Counted from the stretch's first letter, positions 40,701-53,749 are shown. The stretch: DNA of 64,000 bases from Isurus oxyrinchus (GCA_026770705.1 JANJGN010000002.1:221774001-221838000), one strand, 5' to 3'. Notes: generated by a model from the sequence alone, not told the origin. A program made the numbers and translations.

Positions 40701-41639
40701 CTAACGGAGATAATTATTAAAGGATGCGGTAAGGCTTCTTTGTTATAAAGTAAGACTTTAACACACAGATTTAGCTTCAAGGAAACTCATTGAAGTGGCG
40801 AACAAAAGGTAAATTGAACGATTCCGATTCTTTGTTGGCTTTTTACGTTTCTATTACTAGAATATAATTAGACTTAATGAATATGCAAACCGTTGGCCTC
40901 ACGTAAATAATTAAATTACTTTGCAGAAACACAGAAGATGGACTTTAGCAAATTTGGGGTTGTGAATGGCAAGAAATAAACTAAAACATGAGGTGGGAAG
41001 AAGCTACATTTTTCTTGGCTGACAGTGTTCATAAACCATTTTCGCTTTCTTTGTTCGTAATCAATGAAAAGAGCACCAAACCTTTTTTTTAAAAAAAAGA
41101 GGGAAATCCTTACTTGCAGCTATTCTGCAATTGTTTGAGAACCTATAGATATGTATAGGGCAATTCAGTGTCACTATAGAAAAAAAAGGCCCAAGCAAGA
41201 TGTTTTCAATCGCCTTTTACATGGGGAAAGACAGGTTAATCAAGGGTTTCGTCTCGAAAACAACCAAGTGTTGTATGTTTGTACTGAATCCAAACATATG
41301 CATTTTCCTAACCCAATTCAAAAGAGTGTTCTTTCTCTTTTTGCTCACTCATCTGGGTAAGTGAATTTTCACCGGCGATCAAAAAGCTACTGAACAACAA
41401 AGGAAGCCGCCCGCTTTTTTTCTCGTCTGGAGTTGTGGCACATTAACGAATTTCAAACAGTCTGACAAGGGGGTGACTGATTTGTGAAGTCGAAGAAGAC
41501 AAGAGTTTTTCTTCAGTTCTCTCTTTCCCCCCGCCCCCACCCCCTTTCCCCCTCCTCTTTCCATATTATATATATAAAAAAAGAGGCGAGAAAAAGAAAG
41601 AAAATCTGGGCTCGACAATGATTTATCAGGAGCGACTGT

Positions 41640-41830
41640 CATGCGCGCACAATACCTGGGATTGATGAGGCGAGTGGGCCAATTAGGCGGCGGGACCAAC
41701 GGCGGGCGCCGGTGATTGGCGGCGGGGCGCAACGGGGCAGCACGGGCTTGACCAATGGGCATAGACGCCTAGCGCCACGTGACTCCTCCCCCAACTCCCA
41801 TTCATCAAGGGGATGGTGTTGTCTTTTCAA
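41640..41830 (+). promoter_or_regulatory. Zic1 core/proximal promoter (small CpG island)
   Basis: GC/CpG-rich patch with three CCAAT boxes (41679, 41715 reverse, 41752), GC boxes and the E-box CACGTGAC (41776-41783), about 350-450 bp upstream of the Zic1 ATG. Confidence 0.8.
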
Positions 41831-41847
41831 TTCATTTATCTGCAGGA

Positions 41848-41895
41848 ATGATTGCCGCTATCATTCTCGAGCTCACCGCCCGGCTGATGAGGTGA
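41848..41895 (+). other. Upstream ORF in the Zic1 5' leader (MIAAIILELTARLMR*)
   Basis: ATG at 41848 to TGA at 41893-41895, lying between the promoter motifs and the main ATG. Confidence 0.55.
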
Positions 41896-42151
41896 AAGTT
41901 TCTCCCCAGGAAGATAAACCGCAAAAGACAATATTGCATGATTTGCGTTTGCAGAGGGGGAAATATCTCCAGCAAATTCCCACACGCTGAAGAGAGAGAA
42001 AAGGGGAGAGAAAAAAAAGAGTTTTTGCAAGTCCTTCAAACAGACTCAGAGACTATTTTATATTAAGCAAGTTTCGTTGTGAATTGCCTGTAGCTTTTTT
42101 TAAAAAAAAACATTTATATCGTTATTCCTTCTCTAACCCCATCGCCAGACG

Positions 42152-43127
42152 ATGCTTCTGGACGCTGGACCTCAATATCCTACTCTTGGAGTGACTACCT
42201 TCGGATCATCCCGACATCACTCAACAGGCGATGTCAACGATCGAGAAGTGGGGCTGGGGATAAATCCTTTCGCTGACGGGATGGGTGCTTTTAAAATCAG
42301 CCCCAGCACTCACGATCTCGCATCGGGTCAAACTGCCTTCACGTCGCAGGCTCCAGGCTACGCCGCAGCTCTAGGTCACCATCCCAGCCATGTGAGTTCG
42401 TACAGCAGCGCAGCGTTCAACTCGACCCGGGACTTTCTGTTTCGCAATCGGGGCTTTGGGGAAGCGGCGGCAGCCAGCGCCGGGCACAGCCTGTTCGCTT
42501 CGGCGGCGGCTGCGGGCAGTTTTGCGGGACCCCATGGACATACTGACGCTGCGGGGCACCTACTCTTCCCGGGTCTTCACGAGCAGGCGACAACCCACCC
42601 TTCTCCCAATGCACATGTAATGAACGGCCAAATGCGCTTAGGCTTTTCTGGGGACATGTATGGCAGAGCAGACCAATACAGCCAGGTCACTAGTCCCAGA
42701 TCGGACCACTACGCCTCGACCCAGCTGCACAGCTATGGCCCCATGAACATGAACATGGCGGCCCACCATGGGGCCGGGGCCTTCTTTCGTTATATGAGGC
42801 AGCCCATTAAGCAAGAGCTCATATGTAAATGGGTAGAGCCCGAACAGTTGACGAATCCTAAAAAATCCTGCAACAAAACTTTTAGCACGATGCACGAACT
42901 GGTTACTCATGTAACAGTGGAACACGTTGGGGGACCAGAACAGTCGAACCATATCTGTTTCTGGGAAGACTGTTCAAGAGAGGGAAAGCCTTTCAAAGCC
43001 AAATATAAACTTGTAAATCACATCAGAGTCCACACTGGTGAGAAACCATTTCCCTGCCCATTCCCTGGCTGTGGCAAAGTCTTTGCCAGATCAGAAAATC
43101 TCAAGATCCACAAAAGAACTCACACAG
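42152..43127 (+). CDS. zic1: Zic family member 1, coding exon 1 (ZOC domain, ZF-NC, ZF1-3)
   Basis: N-terminus [27 protein letters not shown] motif [14 protein letters not shown], donor CACACAG|GTATGG (phase 1). Length 976 nt. Confidence 0.97.
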
Positions 43128-43619
43128 GTATGGTGAATGTATTTAGAGAGAATGAAATACTACGAAGCATTTATAGCCGTTTCAATCATACTTTAATTTT
43201 AAAAAAAAATAAATGGGACACTCCAAGCATTTATTTAGTAGACTTGTTGTAGATGCGTGTGCAGATAAATATTTATGTCAGAATAAAATTAGCATGTTTA
43301 AGTATTTTGATTTCCCTGAACTCCCTGTGCTCTGTATTTTGGTGTGGGCGCCGTTCTTTTAAATATGTGGAATTATATTAGATTCTGTGCAGTTCTGCAA
43401 GGACAATAAATGCTGTGCTTAATGATTCCAGCATTGACGGAAAATACTTAAGCAACAAACCTATTGTGATAAGGGTTTATTTTTAATTAAATTATTACTA
43501 AGCTTAATTGTATCTGAAGAGGAAAATACCCACTGTTGCTGGTTTGCTTAGTTTCGTTTGAAATTCGCAAGCAGCAATTGGAGTATATATTTTTGTTCCT
43601 CGCTTCCTCTTTTTTTGCC

Positions 43620-43820
43620 TTATGCCATGTTTGCATATTTATATCTATCTATATATGTATGCAAGTGCGTGTATATATAACTGCAATGTTAAGTTTTGTA
43701 TACGCAGGCGCATATATTTAAATATATTTATGCGTATATATTTGTGTGTGTGTATACTGCTTTTTATATATGTGTGTGTGTGTGTGTGTGTGTACAATAT
43801 ATGTATATCTTTACATACAT
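43620..43820 (+). repeat. TA/TG low-complexity microsatellite region in Zic1 intron 1
   Basis: Alternating purine-pyrimidine runs including (TG)n at ~43771-43793. Confidence 0.75.
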
Positions 43821-44644
43821 TTTGGGCTCTCCAGGGCTTACAATCTTGTTAAAACTTGGTTCACAATGTGCGATTCTGGAGAAAATAGCACTCGACAACA
43901 ATGTCGATGTTAATGACACATAATGGTTAGGTAGTTGTAAAGATTTTGCAAAGTCGAGATTTAACACTTTCTCGACTATAAAACCTCCAGGGGCACTTAG
44001 TAACAATTCACTTCACTGCATGAGATGTCCACTAACTCTTACTCTAGATAAACAGAATTGGAAACGGTTTAATTAAAGCGAAAATGTTAATGGAATTAGC
44101 AAATAATCATTTCCGTGATCTTTTTTAAACGCTATTTCAACGTTTGCGTTACAAGGGCTGCATTAGTTCATCGTAGAAGCAATGTTTGCACGCTGGTTTC
44201 AGAGAGGGACGATATTACAAATAAGAAACAGAAACCTAAAACGGTTCTGTTACATATTTTCAACTTTATTCAACGTACCACTGCAATTTTAAAAGGGCAA
44301 TAAGCATTCATATATTCATGTGAGGCCGCCACGGCAGCTGCAACATCGTACAACCAGCCACTGACGATATCACAAATTAAGCAAAGAATCAACATTTATT
44401 AATTAACTCTCATTCTTCATAAAATTCCGAGCTGTGTGCATCGCATATTTTTTTTAAAAAATCCGCTGCAGTTTTCTAGGGTTTGTGAGGCATGTTTGCA
44501 GATTTCTGCGGGAGGGTATTCCAAAATGAGTGCTTGTTTTCACGATGGCTGCTTTTCTTAGCTGTAAGATCGTAATGAGGGTTATATTAAGGTGTATACC
44601 TATCTAAATAGTGAATTTCAAAAGAGCTAAAATTGTCTTAATAA

Positions 44645-44884
<240 letters not shown>

Positions 44885-45307
44885 TAAGTAGAATGCGTTT
44901 TGATAGGGTATAAGGAAATTGAATGGTCATCTTGAATAGCTGACAGCTTCAACACTGTGCATATTAAATTAAAGAGATACCATCCCTTTTATAACCCTGT
45001 ATGGTCAATATATATTTATTCCATCATAAGTCATATCTAAACATCGTTCACAGTCATAACAGTTTTCATGTTCATGAAAAATTATATCGGACATTTTTTT
45101 TGTTACTTTGTTTACTTAGCAACTTTGGAATATTACAACAGATTTTTTTTTTAAAAATCGAGTTGGAATTTTTGAAATGCCTTATCATGTTAAGCTGTAT
45201 ATTGTGCATATATATATAAATATACATATATACTTTACAAATTTATAACAAAGCTTTACACAAAAGCTGTAGCTGTCTTAGTCTTACATGGTGGATGGTT
45301 TTTGTAG

Positions 45308-45505
45308 GTCCACGAAGCATCCTCTCAAGGATCACAGCCCTCTCCTGCGGCAAGTTCTGGCTACGAATCCTCAACACCCCCCACCATCGTGTCGCCGACA
45401 ACAGAAAACCAGACCAACAGTTCAATGTCCCCAACATCGTCTGCAGTCCACCACACATCCAACCACAGCACGCTTTCATCGAACTTTAACGAATGGTACG
45501 TTTAA
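45308..45505 (+). CDS. zic1: Zic1 coding exon 3 (Ser/Thr-rich C-terminus ending NFNEWYV)
   Basis: tttgtag|GTC CAC GAA...; translates [65 protein letters not shown]. This frame is not in the ORF track. Spliced CDS 1338 nt = 445 aa. Confidence 0.96.
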   Translation, partial: VHEASSQGSQPSPAASSGYESSTPPTIVSPTTENQTNSSMSPTSSAVHHTSNHSTLSSNFNEWYV

Positions 45506-46480
45506 GCAAACATACATCAAAAAGTACAAAAACATACAAAAAAAACTTTTCAAAAAAGACTCCAAAGTTACGATCGCGAGGAATCAAAGACAAAAAAAAA
45601 AGCTGCCAATAGACGCCGAGAGGAATAAAAAGGAAGAAACCAAAACCTTTGAAAGGTTCCATAGTAGCGAATTTTAAAATGCATGTAGGACGATGCTATT
45701 TCTCTAGCCATTGCCTAGTGCTAGGTTTAAAGAAAGAACTGATAAAGCTCTGAAATTGCATGTGTTCTATGGCAGCGGCCTTTTCTCTTTCCTTTTTGTA
45801 AATATAGAATTACTAGTTTAAAAGTCTAATGTTTGAACCTTGTACATAGGCATATCACAGGGGATTTGTCAACGTGGTATTTGCATATCTGGGCGACGGT
45901 TGGAAAAATGCAATTATTTGTTTATGGATGGCAAAAAAAAGTTACTATAGTCGATGTGTACCAAAATGTGAATTACTTTGTATTTCAGTCTCAACTGAGC
46001 ATCAGAAAGCTAGCAGATACTATTGTTATTAATGTGCTTTTTGTATCCAGTGCAAACCTTTCGTCCCAAAGTCCAGTCGGAGTAGTGAAGTGTTCAAAGT
46101 GTTGCTTGTTATGTCAAAAAAATCGTAGTGCAAGCTTGGAACTCCGTGTTAAAATGTAACTTTGTTTTATGTAAGACTTGATATTGAAGCAAAATAAGAA
46201 ATTTATCTCTTCATTGCCTTCGCAGTTGCGATAAATTTATGTATATATTCCCAATCTCCATATTTATCCGCATGTACGTAAATTACCGGTATTACGTGTT
46301 ACAGATATTCGATATTTATGAAAGATGCATTCGTATGTAAAACCTAGTTTACAAACTGTTCCATAACATTTCGTACAATATTAAAGATTCCAAAATCCAA
46401 TGCATTGCATTCAGTATTTTTATTCATACGGCAAATTATTGCACGTCACAGAATAAAATAATCAAGGAAGCAGGGAGTGA
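45506..46480 (+). other. Zic1 3' UTR with candidate poly(A) signals
   Basis: AU-rich sequence after the stop; ATTAAA at 46380 and AATAAA at 46452-46457. The true 3' end cannot be fixed from sequence alone. Confidence 0.55.
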
Positions 46481-48005
46481 TGTATATCTATATTTATATA
46501 TATATATAATACACATTTTTACGTTGCTGGAAGTGTCTCTATTAAACCATCAGAAAAGTGCCTTTAGAGATATAAAAATGATGGATGAAAGCATCCCTGC
46601 TGATATTAGTTTATTGCGTAATTAGTATTCATACCTAAATTTATAAAACCAAAATTTTGGATCACTATATAATAATATTTTAAATTAACTTTTCAGAGCT
46701 TGCAATAGCAGCCATAAAATATCAGAGAGGAAAAGATTACTCTACCGACATAAATATTAACGCTGGGCATTTAATTGATGCGTCGTGCAAAGATAACCGC
46801 CTGACTTCACAGGAAGTTAGCGAAAGAATTATGTGTCCTTTTTGGACACATTTGTTTATGGAACCGCGTTGATAAATATTACATTATTTTTGAAAGTCAT
46901 AGAATTTTAAATATATCTATATAATTAGACATCATTACGAACAGCTTTTAAAGATTTCATTATGGCAGATTCTTCAAACTTTTTCATATGGAAGGACAAA
47001 AATGCATATATACGTTTTAACTAGCAGCTCAGGCCTTCATGGTTTCATATCTTTGTAATTACAATCGTTAATAGCTGGCATTAATTGAAATCATTTTTAA
47101 TTTATGTTCTTTACTGTGAATTATAACCAATGCTTCTAAACCCAACCACTTAGTGCGAAATTAAATCTACAAGAACACAATTTATTTTATGTAATCTGAT
47201 TTTCTTTATGCGCCTTTACTTATTTAATTCCCATTCACTTTTAAAATTCCGTTCCATTCGAAGATGCTCTGATAGAAATTGCTAAGTGAGAAAAAATAAA
47301 AATCTAAATTACTTATGTTTAATGACTGTAGCCGAACGCCTGTTTCACTAAATCAGATTGTCTTCTTTGCTATTTACTTTGATAGATTTGCAGGCTGTAC
47401 TGCTTCCACTAACTTAGCTACGCTTGTTGGAACTGTTGGGCTTTGTTCTTCATTGTAGCTTGCATGACCGCCCCATTAAGCAGACAACATATCAACAGAC
47501 AGCACAAATCATGATGCTAGCTAAAGTTACGAATGCTTGTGATGTCCATAGAGTACATAACAGAAACTGACCTTCCGGGAGATGAGATTGATAGTTTAAC
47601 TGCTTATTCAAAGATTAGGGTTAGAGAGGCCAGTGCTATATGGTAAGCAGGCAGTTTAAAGAAAGAGATAAGCTCAACCGGTGTAGAAAGCGCAACATAG
47701 CACCAAATGCAGTTACATTCGTAAATATTAGTTCAGCAATCATACTCTGAAACGTAATGTTGGTGTTTTACAACACCGACTGAAATTGTCTTAACTGACT
47801 AGCAGGGAGTGCGCAGAATGCTGATTCCAGCCAGTGAGCATACGTTTCATCCATGATATTTAGTAATTCATTAGTTTGTGGATTTAAAAAAAAACAAGCC
47901 ATGGCCTTATGTACGTTCGTGAATAATGGCACTTTTGAAATTAATCTTTTCAGCAGCCAGTAACAGTCAGCCATAGCAGCGTTCAAAGTAAAACCAAATC
48001 ATAGA

Positions 48006-48019
48006 GCGCCACCTTGCAG
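48006..48019 (-). promoter_or_regulatory. Possible CTCF motif
   Basis: Minus strand CTGCAAGGTGGCGC, a partial match to the CTCF core. Confidence 0.35.
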
Positions 48020-48903
48020 AAGGAAGGATTGTAAGGACTGAGCCTGCCAGTGAGATGGAGATTCGATGAGCAACAACATTAAAAAGGTCATTTGCAGAGT
48101 TCTGGTGCTGCATAGGCCTAGATACGTTTGAATATTTTTATTTATTCGCGGATTTGCGAATCTTAGCGGCAGAGCCATCAAAATTGGCGTGTGGAAATAA
48201 AAAATCTGAAAAAAAACAGACAATTTTAAATCATTCAGTGAACGTATTTAGTAGTAAGAGTTACATAAACACACTTCATTGTAAGCCAGCTATGGCGTGC
48301 AGGAGAGCATATTGTTTGTAAACAAAAACAATAAACCGGTTCTAATGCTGTTTAATAGATTAATGCCAGTAAAAATTGTAACTTTTGCCCTGACCACTTA
48401 TGAAATATCAGTAAATGAAGCCAATGTACTGGAGTTAGACTTTGGAACCTGTGTGAAACTGCAATAATAACTGCCCATGATTGGCAAGATAAAGTTTGCG
48501 TGAAAGGCACAGTGTTTTTTGAACCTGTGCAAGTAGCGAAATTGCACGGACACGATAGTGAGCTTCTCACCCCTTCAGATTGTGGGATGTGACTCTCAAA
48601 TACCCGGACCACTCTATTTATATTCCTTAAATTTACTTGCTTTATTTTATTGATAGCGAATGCTAAATCTTACCTTCATTTCCCTCCCTGTTCCAAACCT
48701 ATCGTTGGTCTGTCGAACGTCAGGAGTGCTTGGCGAATCGATAGCCTTAAAAGTTTAGTTTTTGCAACTTTAGTAAATGGAATTTAAGCGCAATCGATAA
48801 AATTATTTCAAATTCTAGCGCAGCGATTCGAATCATTGCGACCAAAACCCAAAGAATCACAAAGGGCAGTAGATTTCTGACTTTCTGTTGGAATACCTCA
48901 AGC

Positions 48904-48928
48904 GGGGGGGGGGGGGGGGGGGGGGGGG
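48904..48928 (+). repeat. Poly-G tract (~25 nt)
   Basis: Read directly from the sequence. Confidence 0.85.
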
Positions 48929-50430
48929 TGGAAGTAGAAGAGCTACGTTATTGGTCAATTGAATTTTATTCCTTGCTTAATTTCTAAAAAAACAAATACT
49001 ATTTTCTTCATGGTTTATTGCTTTTTCAAACCCATGAGAGTTTGCGATAGAATATACTATTCAACAATATTTAGCAGAAACCAGGGGAAAACGTTGTAAA
49101 TGGCCTGTTTCAGAGAAAATGCTTTCAGACTTATTTTTGATTTATGCACTGTTTAACTGGAAAATATAATGTAGCACTGTATAGAATGCCAAAAGCTGAA
49201 CACACTCAGTGCATTTTCCTATGTGGAGCTGAACAGGACGATTTTAAAAAAAAACAGGCGCAGACTGATAACCTGAGAGCGGGTCGGTGCTGTTTTCATT
49301 CCCGGTACTCCAAACACGGAATCTTCATTATTGTTGACAATATTTATAACTACAATATTGCATCAAACAAAGGAGACAACAAAACACTTAAAAATGTTCA
49401 TACCCGCTCTATGCATCACCGGCTTACACAAGACGCGCTGTTAAAAAGAACCGAAAATCTTGATGTCAACAATTGACGATTCTTGCCTTTAATGGTGGGA
49501 CAAAATAACTGTACGCATAGAGCGTTATTGAGTGCAATATCCTGCCATTGTCTATAGTCAATGACTGGCCTGTATAGGTTTGGGATGGTGTGGTTGCATT
49601 TTATGAATTCTTCACTCTAACCCGCCTTGTTTAGTGCAACGAGTTGTTCCTATTTTAGGAAATAGCATATACCTTTGTTAAAATGTCTCGCTCACAGAAA
49701 TCGTCAGTTTCATTATGGGCAACTAGAATCAATTAAATTAAATGGGGTTATAGACATAGATGTGTGTACAAAAGGATATCGCCATGTATTTTTGCTTCTA
49801 AGCTCGCGTTCTGAACAATGCATTGTAAATTAAGTTTACACGAATAGAGCCGAGGTTTTAAAAGATACTGTTTCGATCTTTGTGAATTTACAATTTCTCC
49901 TTGTTTACCTACAGAAAACAAGCCGAGGGCCCATGGGCTCTTAAGAGCTGCGCAATTCACTAACTAAAGAAACACGATCAGCCTGTGGAACATCGCTGCT
50001 ATTTTTAACCTGCAGCTGGAAGCTGTCATCAATTTGTAACATTTATTCCAACGTTAGAATGATAGCACACAATAGCATGGAGTTACCAGATGACGCACTT
50101 TACACAAAAAGGGGGCTTTAGGGGAATTAGCATAAACGTGCTGCATTTGGCGTTACAATTTCTGCCACGGGAACTGAGAGTTTCGACCGAGGCAATCGGA
50201 GAAGGGAAAGGAATACTGATGACGGTTGCGTTTTTTTTTAAAAAGTTTGCTCGGTGCTCCTCGTCTCAAATGACTTTTGTGTCAGAGAGACGTTTCTATT
50301 AGAATGAAACATTCTTGGAACTTCACTTTGGCGGAGTCATAGTGGGTTGTGGTAGTCGCGGTACATGCGCAGTGTGATCACTGGAAATGTGGCCAACAGT
50401 GCTACACGTGCTGGTGAATATTTATTATAA

Positions 50431-50446
50431 TCGCCATCTACTGACC
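50431..50446 (-). promoter_or_regulatory. CTCF-binding motif
   Basis: Minus strand GGTCAGTAGATGGCGA is close to the CTCF core CCASYAGRKGGCRS. Confidence 0.55.
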
Positions 50447-53400
50447 TTATAGCAAAGGCTGTCCACTGACACCGAGCAGGACAAATTAGTTATCCGTCAC
50501 TTACGGCAGTTTCTAATACACACTAATGTGAACCAACAATAATTATATCTGTATAAATTATATTACTTTAAATGTCTCCGCATACATATTTACACTTGCA
50601 ATATATACACAACCAGAATTAAAATGTTAAATTACTTTACTGGTTCCTTGATTTAGGTTAGCGATATAATTATTAAATGAACATCATTTAACTAAATTCA
50701 AATGTTAAACTTATTGATGTAAGTACTTTTCAACATTTTCAGCTGGTTTTGTGTGATACCGTGAAGCCACTCTCGTGTCAGTTCCCAAAAAACTAAGTTG
50801 TTCAAATGCATCACCCCACGATTTAAAGGTAACATTTTTCTAATATTCACATAAATCAGCACATTTTCTGTTTGTCTGTGGAAAATGTATTTGGACCTTA
50901 TTCGGGTTGCATTAAAATATATCACCGGTGTGAACCACGGATGTGTGAATTACACCTTTAAAGCGGAATTATGTTTGATGAATCAATGTTCTCTATGTGG
51001 ATGCTGACTGCTGTTACCGAGGGTGAAACAGAGTGGCAATGCATGTCCTTATATATATATATATATAGATGCGTGTACGTGTGTTTTAAACAATACACGC
51101 TAGTATATATTATTTGCATTGTTGATAGCCATAATACGTATGATTATAATTAGCACCTCAGGAAAGTAAGTTTGCTAATCATATGCCAGAACAATAAATG
51201 AACTTCGCAGCCTTTTCATTCTGACAGCGCACTATGTCCAGTTGAAGTAATACGGGTCAATTTAGATTCGCTTTCTTAATAGTTATTTACCAAGTCAAAT
51301 ATATATTGATCATGCACTTCCCTTTCCACTTATTGTTGTTGTTGATAAACCATATACGGTACACATTTCGGCTATACCATAAAGCAACGTTATCAATCGT
51401 TGAATTATATCGCGAAGTACAGGAGTCGCAACAACCATAAGCATTGGCATAGCAACTCCGACTAGCAATAAGCACCTGTAATGAAATTAATACAGCATAA
51501 ACAACAAGAGCGCACAATTTTGAATGGTTTAGCTGCCTTTTTTCCTCGTTGGGTCCATCTTAAGCTCTGAACAGACGACGTTCAAAGCATAAACCGTGTT
51601 CCATTGAACAAATGGCTTGTGCATATGCCATAATATTGTGGATCACTTTTTTATATTCTATTAACTTTGGAAATATGAAGGACTCTTTAGGATGTGCAGG
51701 TCGATTGGAGAAGTTTGGTTTGTTCTGATCGCAAAATTGCAATAGTATAAAGCGCTATGACTGAGTACTAACAATGCATGACTGCCATAATATTAATAGT
51801 ATGAGCGTATGAATACCATGCAAGCAAAATAAATAAACAGTTCTTTCGCTAGCTTAATGTAGAATTTTTTTTTCCAATGGTTTGCCTCAACAGTATTTCG
51901 AAATTAAATGAAGGCGATATTACATTAAATGCTCTCTTTCATGCAATATTGACATTGTGAAGGTGATTTTACCTTTAATTTTAGAAGTTAATGTCGGTTC
52001 AAAAGCACTCACTAGACAATACTCAAAAAGCACTTATATTTTCTCTTGTAATAAACATACATTTAACACGATAACATTTTTAGCTATATATATAAAACTA
52101 GCACCCGTGGTATAAAAATCCATAGACGGCTAGAAAATGTTTAAAACATCAAAACTGCTTTTACTGTCTAGCATGATTTAATGGTTATGATGATACAAGG
52201 CCTTAATTTCAATCCTGAACAGCACTTGTTTAAATGAATTATACCGGCAAGGTTTATGAAACCGCCGCAATGTTTTTTTTTTGGTTTTTAAATATCTATT
52301 TCAACTTGGAGCTTAACGTATCAACAGCTTGGCTTTCTGTCGTAAAAACGGGAGCAACCGGTACGTACAAGGGTGATGTTATGTGTGGACAATATACACA
52401 AGCTCAAAAAAGATAGTTAAAACTAACACATGTTTTCTAATACACACGGTATTGTGTGCTTGATAACAAATATTTTAATCGTCAAAGGTCCAGGCTTGTC
52501 TTATTTTGGGCGTCCAACCAACTAATGATTTCGAAAATTAATGCATTACAGACCTGCAAATGTTCACCAACAAGTACTAGACCTGTCAGGAAGAACCTGG
52601 TTTGTCTTTTTTCTCCGTCTGCGCGCATTTCAAATATACTCATCTCCTTCAGTGTGTTGTCATTTGCCAGGTTACTTCCTCCGCAGATAACGAGGGTAAG
52701 AAGGTAGCAACAAAATATATCACCTGCATTACTCTAGAAACTACCATGAAGCACTGATTGGAGAACCAGTGGCATTATTTTATCAAGTTAAAGATTGTGA
52801 ATCCCCAAGGAAGATTTTGGGTGACTGTCTTCTGATTCGCAAAAGACAACCTGAACACAAAATAGAGGGATAACGTGCACTTCAGCTTAATTTCCCACTA
52901 TATTACTTCAACAAGTATCGCATTCATACAGTATATTTGTATATTGTATTTGCACATTGTTTATTGCATGGTGCACTGGTCTGGAACATGCATTGTCATG
53001 TTTTGCTCTCAGCTGCAATTTACAATTCCACTGCACGCAACTTTCCGAAAGTGGATCGTTCAATTACGACGTGTCCAGTCATCGCCGTTTTCTTTCTACG
53101 GAGTCCAAGGGTTAAATATTTTTTTTTAAAAAAAGGTGCACAGATCCTGGTCTTGCTTCTAAGGCAAAATCTTGTCAAGATCACTTTGAAGTGAAAATTC
53201 AACTGTGATGTATGTTGTACCCTGTAATAGTACAGGCTTAAAAAATGATTATTATCAACAAACTTCTAAATAATTATTTGAACGTAATAAATAATATTTA
53301 TCAACATAAATGTGTATTTCTCTCTGTTTCTCGTGACGTTTTTGCTATGAAACGTAGAGTTCACATACAAATTGGAAACAAGGATTAAGTGAGTAAGGAG

Positions 53401-53749
53401 GAGTATGTAATCATGGAATGCTAAGAACTAATGCAGTGATATAGATCCATATTTCTGCTATTAGGAAGTACAACGTCAGGCAATGCAATGTTAAGGTTTT
53501 GTGCCCACTGGCTGGAGGCATGTTATGTTGATCCTTACTCTTGTTACTGCTTGTAATTTTGTTATCTTGCTGTGTGTTTATTCACAGTCGTTGGTGCTGC
53601 TCTCTGGCACTGATTCCGGGTGAGAGGTTACTCCCAATAACTCCCTCTCGACGTGAGCCTTTCTTCCATCACCCTCTCTCCACGTTCTCATTATTTTTTT
53701 TTCGATTTCTGGGGAAAACTTTACCGGTGAGCTCTCTCGTTTCGTTGTG

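Noticed and set aside
43128-43252. C-terminal extension of the 366-aa Zic1 ORF (MVNVFREN...)
   Set aside because: Intron read-through; exon 2 continues the zinc fingers in frame.
45288-45677. 129-aa and 64-aa ORFs over Zic1 exon 3
   Set aside because: Wrong frames; the real exon is in the third frame and ends NFNEWYV*.
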